A stretch of 41,347 nucleotides of DNA from Neovahlkampfia damariscottae (Eukaryota): positions 1 through 41,347 of the forward strand of contig JABLTG010000169.1 of assembly GCA_016618085.1 (NCBI GenBank). The letters are read 5' to 3'. Positions 23,305 through 36,075 of this stretch are shown here, piece after piece (the stretch's first letter is position 1; every line of letters begins with the position of its first letter). The notes beneath the pieces were generated by a model. The model searched no databases. It worked only from the letters and a program-made list of their open reading frames with translations, and was not told the DNA's origin. The position numbers and the translations under genes were made by a program.

Positions 23305-24468
23305 ATGAAAGTCGTTCATTTTTTTATTATTTTCTCTATTTGTATCGCATTCGTATTTGCACAAGAAAACAAACCTGAAGACCCAGCACCAGGTGTAATT
23401 GATGTAACTCCATCAAATGTTAATGAAGTTATTTCAACTTCAAAACATGCTTTAGTTGGTAAGAAAAAACAATCAAAATTAACCAAATTTAAGAATTTTA
23501 TGCACCATGGTGTGGACATTGTAAAAATTTAGTTCCTGAATATCACAAACTCGGAGAAGCAATGTTAGCAAGAAAACCAGCTGATCTTTCAGTAGCTAAA
23601 GTAAATTGTGTTGCACATGCTGAAATATGTTCAAAATATGGTGTACAAGGATATCCAACAATCAAATTTTTCAAAAAAGGTGATTCAAATCCACAAGACT
23701 ATAATGGAGGTAGAAGTGCTGAAGACTTTGTTGATTATTTAAACAAAAATGCTGGAAGTAACCTCAGAATCCAAAAAGCACCAACACATGTTGTTGATTT
23801 GACTCCTGGAAATTTTGATAAAATTGCAATGGACAAAACAAAAGATGTTTTAGTTGGTAAGAAAAATTTTTTATTGAATTCTCAATTTAGAATTTTATGC
23901 ACCATGGTGTGGACATTGTAAACAATTAGCTCCAAAATATGAAATTTTAGCAAAAGCTTATGAAGCAGAAGAAAACATTGTTATTGCTAAAGTAGATGCT
24001 GATAAACATAGATCATTAGGAGAAAGATTTGGAGTTAAAGGATTTCCAACACTCAAATGGTTCGGAAAAGCAAATAAAGATGCACCTTCTGATTTCAACA
24101 GAGGAACAGAAGATGAAATGCTTCAATCAGTCAACTCAAAAACAGGAGCTCAACGTGATATTTCAGGTAAATTAGGAGCTAATGCTGGAATTGTTGAAGC
24201 TTTATCAACATTAACAAAAAAATTCAAAGGTGCTGATGAAGCAACAAAGAAAGATTTAATCAAACAAGCACAAGATTATGTTGCAAGTTCAACAGAAAAA
24301 GTAAATGGTGGATGGTATGTTAAAATCATGCAAAGAGCTCTTGCAGGTGGTGATTCATATATTGAAAAAGAATCAGCAAGATTAACAAGAATGATTGAAG
24401 GAGGTCAAGCATCAGCACAATTTTTAGACAGTTTCCAAATCAGAAAAAATATTTTATCACAATTTTAA
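23305..24468 (+). CDS. Protein disulfide isomerase, a-a'-ERp29c type, no KDEL
   Basis: Signal peptide, two EFYAPWCGHC domains, GYPTIK/GFPTLK, helical tail ending RKNILSQF. Introns 23459-23493 and 23857-23890. Confidence 0.93.
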
Positions 24469-24487
24469 AAAAAGTAAAAATTTTTAT

Positions 24488-27272
24488 TTAAAATATTCTT
24501 TTTCTGAAATCAGTCAGCAACAAAGGAGCTTTTGGTTCTGTCAATGGTTTATCTGATTTTTCAATTCTAGTTGGTTCTTCAAAGATTGGCATTGGATTTG
24601 CTTTGACTTCTTGACTTTTTCTTAATTTTTGAATTTCTATTTCTTCAAGTCTCTGTCTTTCTTCTTCTTGTTTTCTTCTTTCTTCTTCCATCATTTTATG
24701 TTTTTCATTTAATTTAAAATCAAACTCTTTTCTTTGTTCAGCTCTCTTTTCTGAATTCAATTCAACATTTAAAATTTGTGTTAAAGGTAAAGAATTGAGT
24801 TGTTTTGTCAATGGCATTGATTCAAAATCAGGAAGTGGACTTGCTTTAAACATTCTCTTTTTCTTTTCTTCTCTTTCAAGATTTTCCAAATTTTCTTTCA
24901 TTTTTTGTTTTGATTGTTCATGTAAAAATAAACTTGATAATCTTGGTGTTTTTGGTTCTGTTCTCGGAATTGGTTCTACGTTACATACACCTCCTTCGTA
25001 TACCATAATTGGTTTTGCTTTAAATTTCTTTGGTTTTTCTTCAAATCCCAAACTCTTTCTATTGACTGAATTTCTTTTTTCTGTTTGTAAATTAAAAGGT
25101 TCTGCTTGTGTGAATGTTTTCACTTCAAAATTCAAAGGTTGATAATTTGAAAAATTTGGTAGTGGTTTTGCTTTGAATTCTTTTTTTTCATTAAATAGAG
25201 GTGGTGTTGATTTGCTTAAAAAATTTGGTCTTTGTTTAAATGATAAAGGTGGTGATTTTGCTTTTGTCAATGAAAAATTAAAACCTTCTTTTTCATCTTG
25301 TTTCTCTTGTAAATCTCTTTGAAATTTGCGAAAATCAAAATTAAAGAGTTTTGATTCAATATTATGAGCATTTGGATATATCTTTGGATCTAATTCTTTA
25401 GCTTTGAATGGATTTGCTCGAATTCTTTCTAAACGTTCTGATTCAAGTTCTGAGGATGATTTTAAACTTTCTCTACGTGAACTTGTTGAAAGTCTAAATG
25501 GTTGAGGAATAGTCACATTTTGGAATTTTAATTCTTTTCTGTGTGGAGCACGTGTTGTAGCAGATTGAGCTTTATAAGGATGTGAAACAGATTTTGGTGT
25601 ATTTAATTTCTTCCATTGTCTTTTATCTACATTTGAGTGTCTTGAAGTGAACTTTTTTTGTTTTTGAGGTGAAGTTGGAATAGCAAACTCATTGGTATTT
25701 TTTTGTGGGAAATTTACAGAATCTGAAAAATCAAATGATGTTTTGATTGCTTTTTCAAATACATCTTCAGCTGTTTTAACATTCTCTTTTGGTTGTTCAA
25801 CAATTGATTCAACAGTTGATTCTTCAGATTGTTCTTGAATTTCTTCCATCTTTTCTGCATCAACAAAATCTTGCTCTACTGAAACTTGTTCAACAACTGC
25901 TTTTTCTTCAGTTTCTTGTTGTTCCATGAGTGGTTGTTGATTAACAGTTTCTGTTGGTTGTTCAATGGTCGGTAATTCTTCTTGAGTTTCTTCTTTCTTG
26001 TTCAATGGTTGAACAATGGTTGGTAATCCTTCTTGAATTTCTTCTTCTTGTTCCATTACATCATTTTCTGATTCATCTTTTTCAGTTTCTTGTTGTTCCA
26101 TGATTGGTTGTTGATCAAAGATTTCTGTTGGTTGTTCAATGGTTGGCAATTCTTCTTGTTGTTCCATTACTTCATTTTCCAATTCAACTTCTTTTTCAAT
26201 AATTGGTGATACTTCAAGTTTATATGATTTTAAAATATTTGCAAATTCCATTTCATCTGGACAAATAGATTCATCTTCTTTGATTATTGGATTTTCTTGT
26301 GATTCAGTTTCAAAAACAGATACTTTTTCTTCAGGTAATTCTTGTGAACTTGGTTCTTGAATTGTTTCAACAGGTTTATGAACTAATTCAACATCAGTTT
26401 CTAAATCCATTTTTTCTTCTTCTTGTTGTTCAGTTGTACCTTCTGGTTGAATTTCAGGTTGAACTTCTTCAACAATTGAATCCATTTTTTGTTCTTCAAG
26501 TTCTTCTTGAAGTTGATCAATAGACAGTTCTTCAACTTTTTCTTGAGGTTTAACAAAATCAACTTTTGAAACATCCTGTTCAACCTCGTCTTGAGTCATT
26601 TCTACAGTTTTGAAAGTAGCTTCATCTAAAACATGTTCAGCTCCTTTTTGTTCTTCAGTGAAATTGATTGCTCTTGAAAGTGGTTTTTCTGTCTGTTTTT
26701 TTGGTGTTGTTGCTTCTGAATCTTTCCAAGTTTGTTCTGATGAAAGAATTTCTTCAATTTCTTTCATTTTGTAATCTGTGAAAGTTTCTTGAGGAGCATT
26801 AAATTGTAAAACAGCTGGTTGAGTGTTTGTTATGTCATCAAATGGTTGAGGTAACAAGTCCAATTGATTGGTGGTTTTTGTTTGATTTTTTGTGTTTTTA
26901 TTTTCTGTTGGTTCTGTTGTTGTTTTGATATTTTTTTTTGTAATTTGAGTTAAAGCTTGAGATACATATTCCAAATCCTTCCAGAGAGTTTTTACAGGTT
27001 TGGTTTCGACTTGTTGACCTTCTTTTTCATATTCTTCAAAAGATGCTTTGTCTTCATGGTCGATAATATCTTGGTTTTTGTATTCTTGTTCTTGAACTTT
27101 GATAATTTTTAAAACATTAGCTTTGTTTTCTTTGAGTTTTTGAATTATTGGTGGTTTGCTCAAAGAACGAAGCATTTTACGCTTTTTATACATTTTTATT
27201 CTTTTTATTGTTGTTCCTTGATGTTTAGAAATAAAAAATCTTACCAGGATTGTACTTTGTCAAGCGCTTCAT
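24488..27272 (-). CDS. TPX2-like microtubule-associated protein with long acidic N-terminal region
   Basis: Repeated FKAxP and PFxL motifs; C-terminal EIQKLRK...KANPMP...PLTEPKAP. First exon MKRLTKYNP with intron 27217-27244. Confidence 0.75.
25905..26180 (-). repeat. Internal coding duplication in the TPX2-like gene
   Basis: EELPTIEQPTEIFDQQPIMEQQETEK vs EELPTIEQPTETVNQQPLMEQQETEE, plus partial ENxVMEQ copies. Confidence 0.8.
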
Positions 27273-27456
27273 GTTGCTTTGGTTTTTGGTGGGAAAATTG
27301 AGAAGTTTCATTGGTTTAAATAGACAAATAAAAAACCAGAAAAGAAAAAAAATAAAATCTCTTCAAAATCATGTAAAAGTATAATAATTTATCATCCAAC
27401 AGTTTTCGACCTTTTCATTGGATAATTTTTCTACGGTCAACAACGGTTTTTCTTCA

Positions 27457-29386
27457 ATGTCGGAAAATGGATTCAAAGAAGAAAGAATCGAATTTATTAA
27501 AGACGAAATGGCTTCAAAAATAGCAGAGGCCAAAGAAGAGGTCATAAATCTCTCAGAAGGTGAAACGATGGAAACTATTGAAAAAATGAAAAAAAAATTA
27601 GAAAAAAATCGAGAAGAACAAAAAGAAAAAGATATGCATTTGAAATTAGAAACAAAAAATTCTAAAAAAAATTTACCGTCTTCTCCAACAACTTCCAAAA
27701 GAACAGAAAATGAAAAATCAAAAAAAAAATCACCAATGACTCCTCGAGGCTCTAAATCACGTTTAAAATCACCTAGAAGCTTAGTTTCACCAGCACTTGA
27801 AAGTGATGAAGTTTCTGATTTAGGATTATCTTTGGACCAAGAAACTGCATTGACAATGGAACTTGAAACAGTCAACCTTCAAAAACAATATGAACAAACA
27901 ATTAAAGAAAGACTTGAACATTCAAGAACTAATTACATATCTGTATTACCTACTGATATTTTTGCTGAAATATTGACTTATTTACCTCAACCAGAAACAC
28001 TCTATACAGTAAATCAAGTATCAAAACAGTTTTATAATTACTCTAACAATGATTTGTTGTGGAAAAAATCATATCAAAAATATTACTATAATCAAGAAAT
28101 AGATCCAAGATTGATCAAATATATACCAGAATTTAAATCACCTTGTTTAAGAAATTATAGAAAGAATTTAATTTTGTTGAAAAAAAAAAAGGATAAATAT
28201 CTCAAAAGAAGTAAAACGAAAATAGAACAATTTCGTTTGAGAAGTATCTTGAACTTGATTGGTTTTTTAGTACTTCCATTTTTTGTTACTGTCTCTTTGA
28301 TTCTATTTACAATTTTATGTGGGATTTATATTGATGGATATTTGACTCAGGATTATTGGTGGATAAAGCTACTCATTGTAAGAAATATTCCAATGAAAAC
28401 TAACATTTTGTAACCAATAGTATTTACCAATGATTTCAATTTTGACTTTTTATTTTTCTTCAATTATCTTTTATTTACTTTATGAAACTTTATGTTGTAA
28501 GTATGGATTTAAAGATTTGAATCACGTTAAAATATTTCTGCGGAATATACTATCAAGTTTATTTTTTCAAGTTGGCATTTTTTTTGTTGGTTTAAAATGG
28601 ATTGGATTACCAACAAGAGTATACTGGGTTTACATGTCAATACCAAGTGAAGTTCTATTTTTAATTTATTATTTTCCAATGATTTGTGGAATAATTTTCA
28701 ATGCTGTCAAAAAATTTCTAAAAGAACAAAAAATACGTGGTTTTAAATTCAAAGAGAATCAAAGAGAATTGGATGATATTGGTCCACCTTCACAAAACCA
28801 AATTCGTAAAAATTCAAACTCAACTTATAAACCAGCTTCTAACACTATCATTACAGAATTAGATGATGAATCAACATTAGGATCAATTTCAAATGGTGAC
28901 ATTCAACAAAAACGAAAATTTAGTTCATTGAATCCTTTTGCAACAATTTTCATTTTAGGAAACTTGGTGGTTCTTTTTATTTGTGTAGCTCTTTCAATTA
29001 TGGTTATACCTGCAAAAATGGATAATTTGATCCCATTCAATTGGGTTTGGGTGTTTATTCCTTTATGGATTATTTTTTTTATTTTGATTATTTCTCCGAG
29101 TGGTTTTATTATTTTTGAAATATTATTGGACAAACAAGAAGATAAATCAAATATTTTATTAGGATTTATACCCATTGGAATTTTTCTCCCTGGATTAATT
29201 TCATTAATTTTAATTGTCATATCATTGGATGAATTGATTCCAGGATTTCCAGTTACCATTGGGTGCGTTGGTTTGGCTTTCATGGAATCAATGTTGGGTT
29301 GTATTGTAATTTTAATTTCTTTTGCGAATTATCTTTCAACTGTGAGAAAATACCAAAGAAGAAAATCTATTGAACTTGATGAATAA
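27457..29386 (+). CDS. F-box protein with multi-pass TMEM185-like membrane region
   Basis: LPTDIFAEILTYL...VNQVSKQF...LW F-box; intron 28378-28420; KMDNLIPFNWVWVFIPLW-type TM repeats. Confidence 0.75.
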
Positions 29387-29599
29387 AAAATTGATCAACA
29401 TAATTTAGAATATTTAGATTATCGAAATAAAGGAATTTATATAAAATCTTGACTTTAGTTTAAAACATCATTGGCCAATTAGATTTTAAAATCTATTAAC
29501 CAATGACCATATAACTCAAATTCAGGAATGAATGTTTCTCCATAATTTTTTATGGTGTATTTGTTATGCTTCTATACTGTTTAGCGCAACCTGTCTTCA

Positions 29600-29739
29600 A
29601 GGGTTGTAGTGTAGTGGGAGATTAGGGTGAGGAACTATTTGACACTCAAAAGGGAGACACTGTGAAACATCCATCCTCGGTTAGCACATTCGAGTCTGAA
29701 GCGAATGACGTTGGTTCAAATCCAGCCACCCTGATTTTT
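29600..29739 (+). ncRNA. Pol III tRNA-like RNA (Gln-CTG-like body) with 63-nt insert in the D-loop
   Basis: GC-rich island. A-box TAGTGTAGTGG 29607-29617, B-box GGTTCAAATCC 29713-29723, T-stem GTTGG/CCAGC, D-stem GTGT/GCAC, anticodon-like arm with CTG at 29696-29698, T5 terminator 29735-29739. Confidence 0.7.
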
Positions 29740-29862
29740 AGTGAAAAATTTAGTGTCCATAATTTATTGATCATTATTATTTTGATTCCATTTTATTCAT
29801 ATTCCACATTCCCATCTTTTGGGTTTTTTATTTGTCACAATCAACACCTCGACCAATCACAA

Positions 29863-32291
29863 ATGAACCTTGGAGAAACCCAAACAAAAAAATTGGAGGA
29901 AGTACAAAATATCTTTGAAGCTTTAACTAGATTTGAAAATAATGATACAAAATTTGTAACTTTACACCATTTTTCTTTTACCCTTTTTATTTAGATGATG
30001 CAATAGTTTGAACTTGCAAATCCAGATTTTATTTTTATTTACTTTTTGGCTTATTTAAAAGCAAAAGAAGATTCCAAAGTGATCATTGGGTATCTTATTG
30101 CTCAAAAAATTATAGAAAAACAATTTACTTTCACGGAAGAAGAAGTAGTTTTTTTTGAATCACTTATCAAAGAACTATTTTCACAACCGGTTGAAATAGA
30201 TGTTCCACAGACAATGTTATTACAATATATGCTAATTAACAACAAATCTTTGAAAACTGTTCAAAAAATAACTCAAAAAATCAAAGAAGAAAATGGTGAC
30301 TTAATGATGATATATGAACTCTTAGGAAATCATCTTTCAATATGCATAACTTTTCCGTATCAAGAAACACGTGATTTTTTCTTTCAGTTATTGTCAGAAA
30401 ATCTTAAAAATCCAGAACCAAATGAGAAAGTTATTCTTTGTTATTTAAAGTTAGCACTATCTACATTAATCTATTAGAAGATGAATTACAAGAATTCTTA
30501 GTTAACAAATCAACTTTAAAGCAGAAAGGAACGTTGGAGTTGTTACGCATTTGCCAAAATAATCGTCCTTTTACCAAAGTGGAATTCAAAAAACTTTTTC
30601 ACAAATTGATTCAAATTTTTGAAGAAATTTCAGATAAAATGATGAAACTCTCAATTCTCACTTTTTTTTCATTGGTCCAAGAAATGACTTCTCCATTTCG
30701 TTTTTCTATTGAAGTATATGATCAAGAAATATTGGAAAAGTATTCAAATTGTTTCATTTTTAATCCTTTCTCAGATTTATTCCAATTTTATATGAAAGTT
30801 GCATTTGGGAGGAGAATCCTACAATACTGATTGGAATATCAGAAAACACTCATGTATGATTTTTGACCGATTTTCATTTAGACTTGAAAAAGAAATTGAT
30901 GGAATACTCATTCCTAAAATAAAAGATGATTTAGGATCATCAAACTATTTACAAGTTGAAAAGTCTATTTTGGTACTTGGGTTGCTATTCAAAAAACGAA
31001 CTAAGTTCTATCCAGAGTTATTTTCAGAAATTCTTCATTCTACAAAATCCAAAAAAGTTCGTTTTCACTGTTACTAAAATGTAAAGGAAATTATTTTAAG
31101 TTCCTTATGTTGGACTTTTTCTGCAGCATTGAAACATTTGATTGAACTAAAAAAGGAAAAAGAAATGAAAACTATTTTAGGTTTTTATCTTTTCTGCATG
31201 AAATCAGACAATTTGTTTGAAGTTGCCAATACTGTTTTTTTAGAATTTTGTGATACATTAAAATACACATTAGATCAATGGAGTCTCCCAAAGTTTGAAA
31301 TGACAGAGATTTTCAATGTACTAGTTGGAAAATATAAAGTGATATTTAACAAAACACTACTTATGGAATCAGTAAAGAAAATTTGTGAATATGGTGAAAT
31401 TGATCAAAATTCTGACATTGTTCATTCATTCACTGTTGAATTGATTGAAAGTCTAAGGTATCAACAGAATGAAGTAATTATCACTGTATTAAGTTCTCTG
31501 TTGTCATTGTCAAAATTTCATTTTTATCCATGCATGAAAGAAATTTTTGATCTCACAATGAAAATGATAAATAATGAACTGTCAACGGGTAAATTTGTTT
31601 CAGTTCAGTTTTTATTGACCATTCATTTGAACATGTTCAAGAAATATGGAAAATTGGTTGAAGAATTAACAAGTTCAAATTATTTGGAAATTATTAAAAA
31701 TTTTCATTTAAGAAAAAGACTTGAAGAGATTAGAGTTGTTGCCAATACTTTATTATGTGAGATTTTTTCATATAAATCTGAAGCATCTCGTCAATTTGTT
31801 GATATATTATCTTTCTCATTTTCAAAAAAAAAACTTGAAGATAAATTTGACATGTAAGTGTTTCCATTCTAAAGTATTTTTGAAAGATATCTTTTTTTAA
31901 GTATTGCATATCATTTTGATTTTCCATATTTGGAGAATTCTATTCTTTCATTTATGATTTCTCAATTTCTAAAGATTTCAAAAACCTGAATTTTTGGATT
32001 ATGTTTTTATTGGTAAAGTTGGATTTTGACAATATGAAGATGAAATTCCCAGAATATGCTCCATATTGGTATCATATTCTATCAAAAGAAAAATCTTACA
32101 AAGAAGATGAAATGAAAGCATTTTCGAAATTGGTTTTGAGAAATATAACTTATTCAAATGAAAAATTATTTCGTCATGATATTTCTGATATTGAAAATGA
32201 ACTTCAAGTGAGATTAGTTTTGGATGAAAAATATTTCAGATTGTGTCCGAATGGTAAATTGTTGGAAGATTTGAAATTTAATTTTGAATAA
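29863..32291 (+). CDS. Divergent HEAT-repeat protein, importin-beta/transportin-like; multi-exon
   Basis: Colinear ORFs separated by short intron-like gaps; DWNIRKHSCMIFD resembles transportin WNLRKCSAAALD. CCAATCA at 29853. Exon boundaries are only partly resolved. Confidence 0.55.
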
Positions 32292-32407
32292 AATTGGTGA
32301 TTATTTTTTCTTTACCATTGTTTTGATAGACCAATAAAAACCATACGAAACGTGGCTTAAAACAATTGGATAATTTTTTCTTTGCTTGAGTTAAGGTTTT
32401 TTTTCAG

Positions 32408-33275
32408 ATGAGCAGGAGGAAATCAACTTTTAGAAAAAGTATATTTTCAAATGATGATGAAGAATCAGGTGAAAATCCAACATTACCATTAGAACATAAT
32501 AAATTAGATTTTTATCCAACACAATATGATGAAATGAATAACAATTCAGATGGTTTTTCTCAAACAGAAGAAACACCAACTTTATTAAGAAAATCATTTT
32601 CATTTGAATCTGCTAATGAATTTACAAATAAGTCATCAAAAAACTATGGTTTGAATGCACCAAATTTTGAAGAAGAAAATAATGAAAGAAAAAGTTATGA
32701 TAATGGAGTAGATCCAGTTATAGATCCAATTCCATTACTTGAAGAATTAGAAATTGACTTTTATTTAATGTGGAAAAACATTAGATTTGTCTTGAATCCG
32801 TTTTCAAAACATTCTTCCATTTCAATCAACGAATTGGACGTAGCAGGACCAATAGTTATATGCCTCGCTTTAGGATTTGTTTTACTCTTAGTAAGTTCAA
32901 AAAACAAATCTAACCTTCAAAAAAAAGAGAGGAAAAGTTCAATTTGGTTATATTTACGGAGTTGGAGGAATTGGTTGTTTTTTTATTTATTTTTTATTGA
33001 ATTTAATGTGTGAAAGAGGTGTTTCTGGTCATCAAGTTTGTTCAATATTAGGATACTGTTTAATACCAATGATTTTCTTGTCATTTTTTTCAACCTTCAA
33101 TATTTTCAGAAAAAAGAATTGGAGTTTGATTTTAAGTTCTTGTTTTATACTTTGGTCAACTTGGAGTTCAGCTGGAATGTTTGTTAATAGTCTAGAAATG
33201 AAATCGAAAAGATTGATTGTTGCTTATCCAATTCTATTATTGTATATAACATTTGGTATGATTTCAGTATTCTAA
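32408..33275 (+). CDS. YIPF5: Yip1 domain protein (YIPF5/7-like)
   Basis: PLLEELEIDF, VLNPF, DVAGP, GKVQFGYIYG after intron 32891-32927, SILGYCLIPM, LIVAYP. Confidence 0.9.
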
Positions 33276-33352
33276 TTTTATCATATTCATCAAATAAACA
33301 TTGTTTTGATTTTTTTTTAATCTTTTTTTCATCCAATCATTTTATTTTTAAA

Positions 33353-35194
33353 ATGAAGGGTTTGTTGTTGGCATTGCTGACATTTTTTGTTTTTGTTTCT
33401 GCGCAAAACCAACTTCCTGGGTTTAAATTAACAATAACTCAAAAAGGACTCACAAAAATCAATGAAGTTGCTGAAAAGGTTTTGATAAATGAACTTACAG
33501 ATTTTGTCATTGAAGAGCAAGAAGGTGATATAGATACACCTATTGGAAGAATAGATTATAAAATTGAAAAACTAACAGTAAAAATACTAAACCTTTTTTT
33601 TAACCATCAAAGATTGAAGAAATCAAAGTAAAAACTCATTCACAAATTATTCCACAAAGACATATTGAAATAAAAGCGTAAAAAAAAACAAAACTTAAAA
33701 ACTTGTAAAAATAGATCAGATTTAATGGTAAATTTGAAATTTAAGTGGTCTTTTAAAAGAAGAAGTTGGCCAAGAGTCGGAGACGATGGAACAGGAATTG
33801 TTACGACCAAAGAATCAAAAGTTAGAAAAAAAAAAATAATCCTATTAATAGATTGACTTGAATGCTGTGATTGAATCAAATGATGGAAAACCTTTACTAA
33901 ATGCAACAAAGCTTGAAACAGATTTACAAAAACTTGAAATTAAATTGAAAGGAGGAGCGAGTTGGTTGTATAATATTTTTATCAGTAAGAACTATATGAT
34001 AATTTTAATCTTTTTTAAGATGTTTTTAAATCCAGAGTTAAAAATGTTATTGAAGATACAATCAATTCAGTTGCTTTAGAAATCATAAATGATAAAATCA
34101 ATAGTATCATTGATAAAATTCCATTTTTGGTTAAATTACCAGGAGATATAGGATTTGATCTCAGGATGAGTTCAAAACCGAGTTATACCAAAGAATTTCT
34201 CACAGTGCCACTAAAGACTGAATTCTTTGATTGGTCCAATAGAAAACCATCCAGATTTAAACCTATTGAAATGCCAAATGTAATTCAAAATGATAAAATG
34301 ATTCATGCAATGATTTCAAATTTTCCAGGTTTAACCATTGGTGATATTATTCAACAAAAAGGAATGATAAACACCTGGATAACTGATGACATGATTCCAC
34401 CACCAAGTCCATTTCGTTTGAACACCAGAAGTTTTAAAGATGTTTTTCCAAACTTTGACAAAGTGTACCCAGATTCAGAAATCAAAATTCATCTTCATTC
34501 GCCAACTGCTCCGTCTTTCATTTTTCAAAAATCAGGATTCATTGGTCAGATTCCTGTAGAAACAAAATGGTATGCTATTGACTCAGAAACTGGTGATTCA
34601 AAACTTGGATTCACTTTAAATGGAAGAGTTGGTGTTAAAGGAATAGCAGGTTTGAGTAGAATGAATGTTACAGCAAAAATTGAAGATGTAATATTTGAAT
34701 TCAAAGAAACACAATCTACAATTGGACCAGTTGAATGGGAGAAAATTCAAGCTATTGCAGACCTTTTTATTGAAAGAGCTTTTAAAAATTTCATCAATGA
34801 TTTTCTATCAACAACTGGAATTCCATTACCACCTGTACCTGGACTTCAAATTTTAAACCCTTTTTTCAAATACGAAGATGGTTTTGCTGGCTTAGCTATA
34901 GATGGAGAATACATTGTGACCATGACAAACGAAAAAATATCCAATAAGAAAAGTTATTGTATTGATTGTCGTCAAAGTATACAAATAATTGAAAGAAACA
35001 TGGAAAAATCAAAAGAGCAACTTCAAATCTATTTAAAGAACATTTGCAACAAGTATGAAGGCTGGATGAAAACTGACTGTTTGAAGATTATTGGACAAAA
35101 AATTGAACAAAAAATGAACCTTTTGAAAACAAAAAAGAAAACATCTCCAGTTATTATTTGCAATAGAATTGAAGCATGTAAATCAAAAGAATAA
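33353..35194 (+). CDS. LBP/BPI-family lipid-binding protein with C-terminal saposin-B domain
   Basis: Signal peptide, PGFKLTITQKGL, LKGGASWLYN, IPPPSPFRLNT, GIPLP. Four short introns; six-Cys saposin pattern at the C-terminus. Confidence 0.85.
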
Positions 35195-35220
35195 ATTTTT
35201 TACAATACAAAATTATTTAT

Positions 35221-35742
35221 TTACGAAAGTTCTTTGTTCTTCATTGATTCAACAGTTCCTAAGAACTCTTTAAATGAAGGAAGTACCATAGATGGTATTT
35301 TTGGTTGAGCATTTTTTTGTTCCATCAGTTTTTTTTGCTCTTGTAAAAATAATTGTTGTTGTGTAATGAATACTTGCTGTTTTTCTTCATTTCTTCCTTT
35401 GATGTCAAATAAAGAATTAAATGTTTTCTTTGATTGTGTACGTGTATCTACTTCCATTTTCTTCAATTGCTCCTCTATTGAACAGATCGGAGTTTTTTTG
35501 GAGAAATTTGGAATGACTTTTTCGCTTTTTCTTTTTTTTGTAATAGCTTGAGGATTGACTTTAAAAGTTTTAAATGGCACATCTTTTATGTCTTCGTGTT
35601 TTTTCTTTGAGTGATATGGCCATCTTTCTATTCCATGTGTTTTGCATAATTTTGAGAAGTCACTGACTGACATTCCAAACGACGAAGCAGCGTAGATCTT
35701 TGGATAGTTGGTCATGTCGAGTATTTTTTGTTTTTCGCTCAT
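35221..35742 (-). CDS. RWP-RK domain transcription factor
   Basis: AASSFGMSVSDFSKLCKTHGIERWPY. Confidence 0.8.
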   Translation of the reverse strand: MSEKQKILDMTNYPKIYAASSFGMSVSDFSKLCKTHGIERWPYHSKKKHEDIKDVPFKTFKVNPQAITKKRKSEKVIPNFSKKTPICSIEEQLKKMEVDTRTQSKKTFNSLFDIKGRNEEKQQVFITQQQLFLQEQKKLMEQKNAQPKIPSMVLPSFKEFLGTVESMKNKELS

Positions 35743-36075
35743 GTTGTGTTGTGTGATGTTTGTTTATTTTTTAGTTGACCGTCAGACAATTTGTCTGTTT
35801 TTAAACTAATTTCATAACCATATTTGGTAATTTTACATTGAACCATTTTCGAAAATTATACATTTTAGGAAATTTAAAGAATGAAAAATGCCCAAATTAA
35901 GACGGTTTTCTCCTTTAGTTCTTTCCAGAGGAAGACTTTCTAAATTCGGTCAACTGAATGTTTTTCTGAATTTGTGATGCAAAACCCGAAAAACTGTTCG
36001 ATTCCAAAACAATACATTTCTAGAAACATGAAATTTGATGATACCAAAGATGGTTTTACAACAGTAATTTGCAGT

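Noticed and set aside
29620..29632. TTAGGG as a telomerase RNA template
   Set aside because: Only about one repeat, and on the Pol III sense strand, whereas a template would be the C-rich strand with about 1.5 repeats.
29495..29740. U3 snoRNA, SRP, RNase P/MRP or hammerhead identity; short word matches to HCV IRES and human vault RNA
   Set aside because: Required motifs (AGGATCA box A, helix-8 AGCAG, P4 consensus, CTGANGA core) are absent; the short matches are scattered and may be chance.
29662..29994. 110-aa ORF
   Set aside because: Starts at GTG inside the tRNA-like RNA; only the part from ATG 29863 looks coding.
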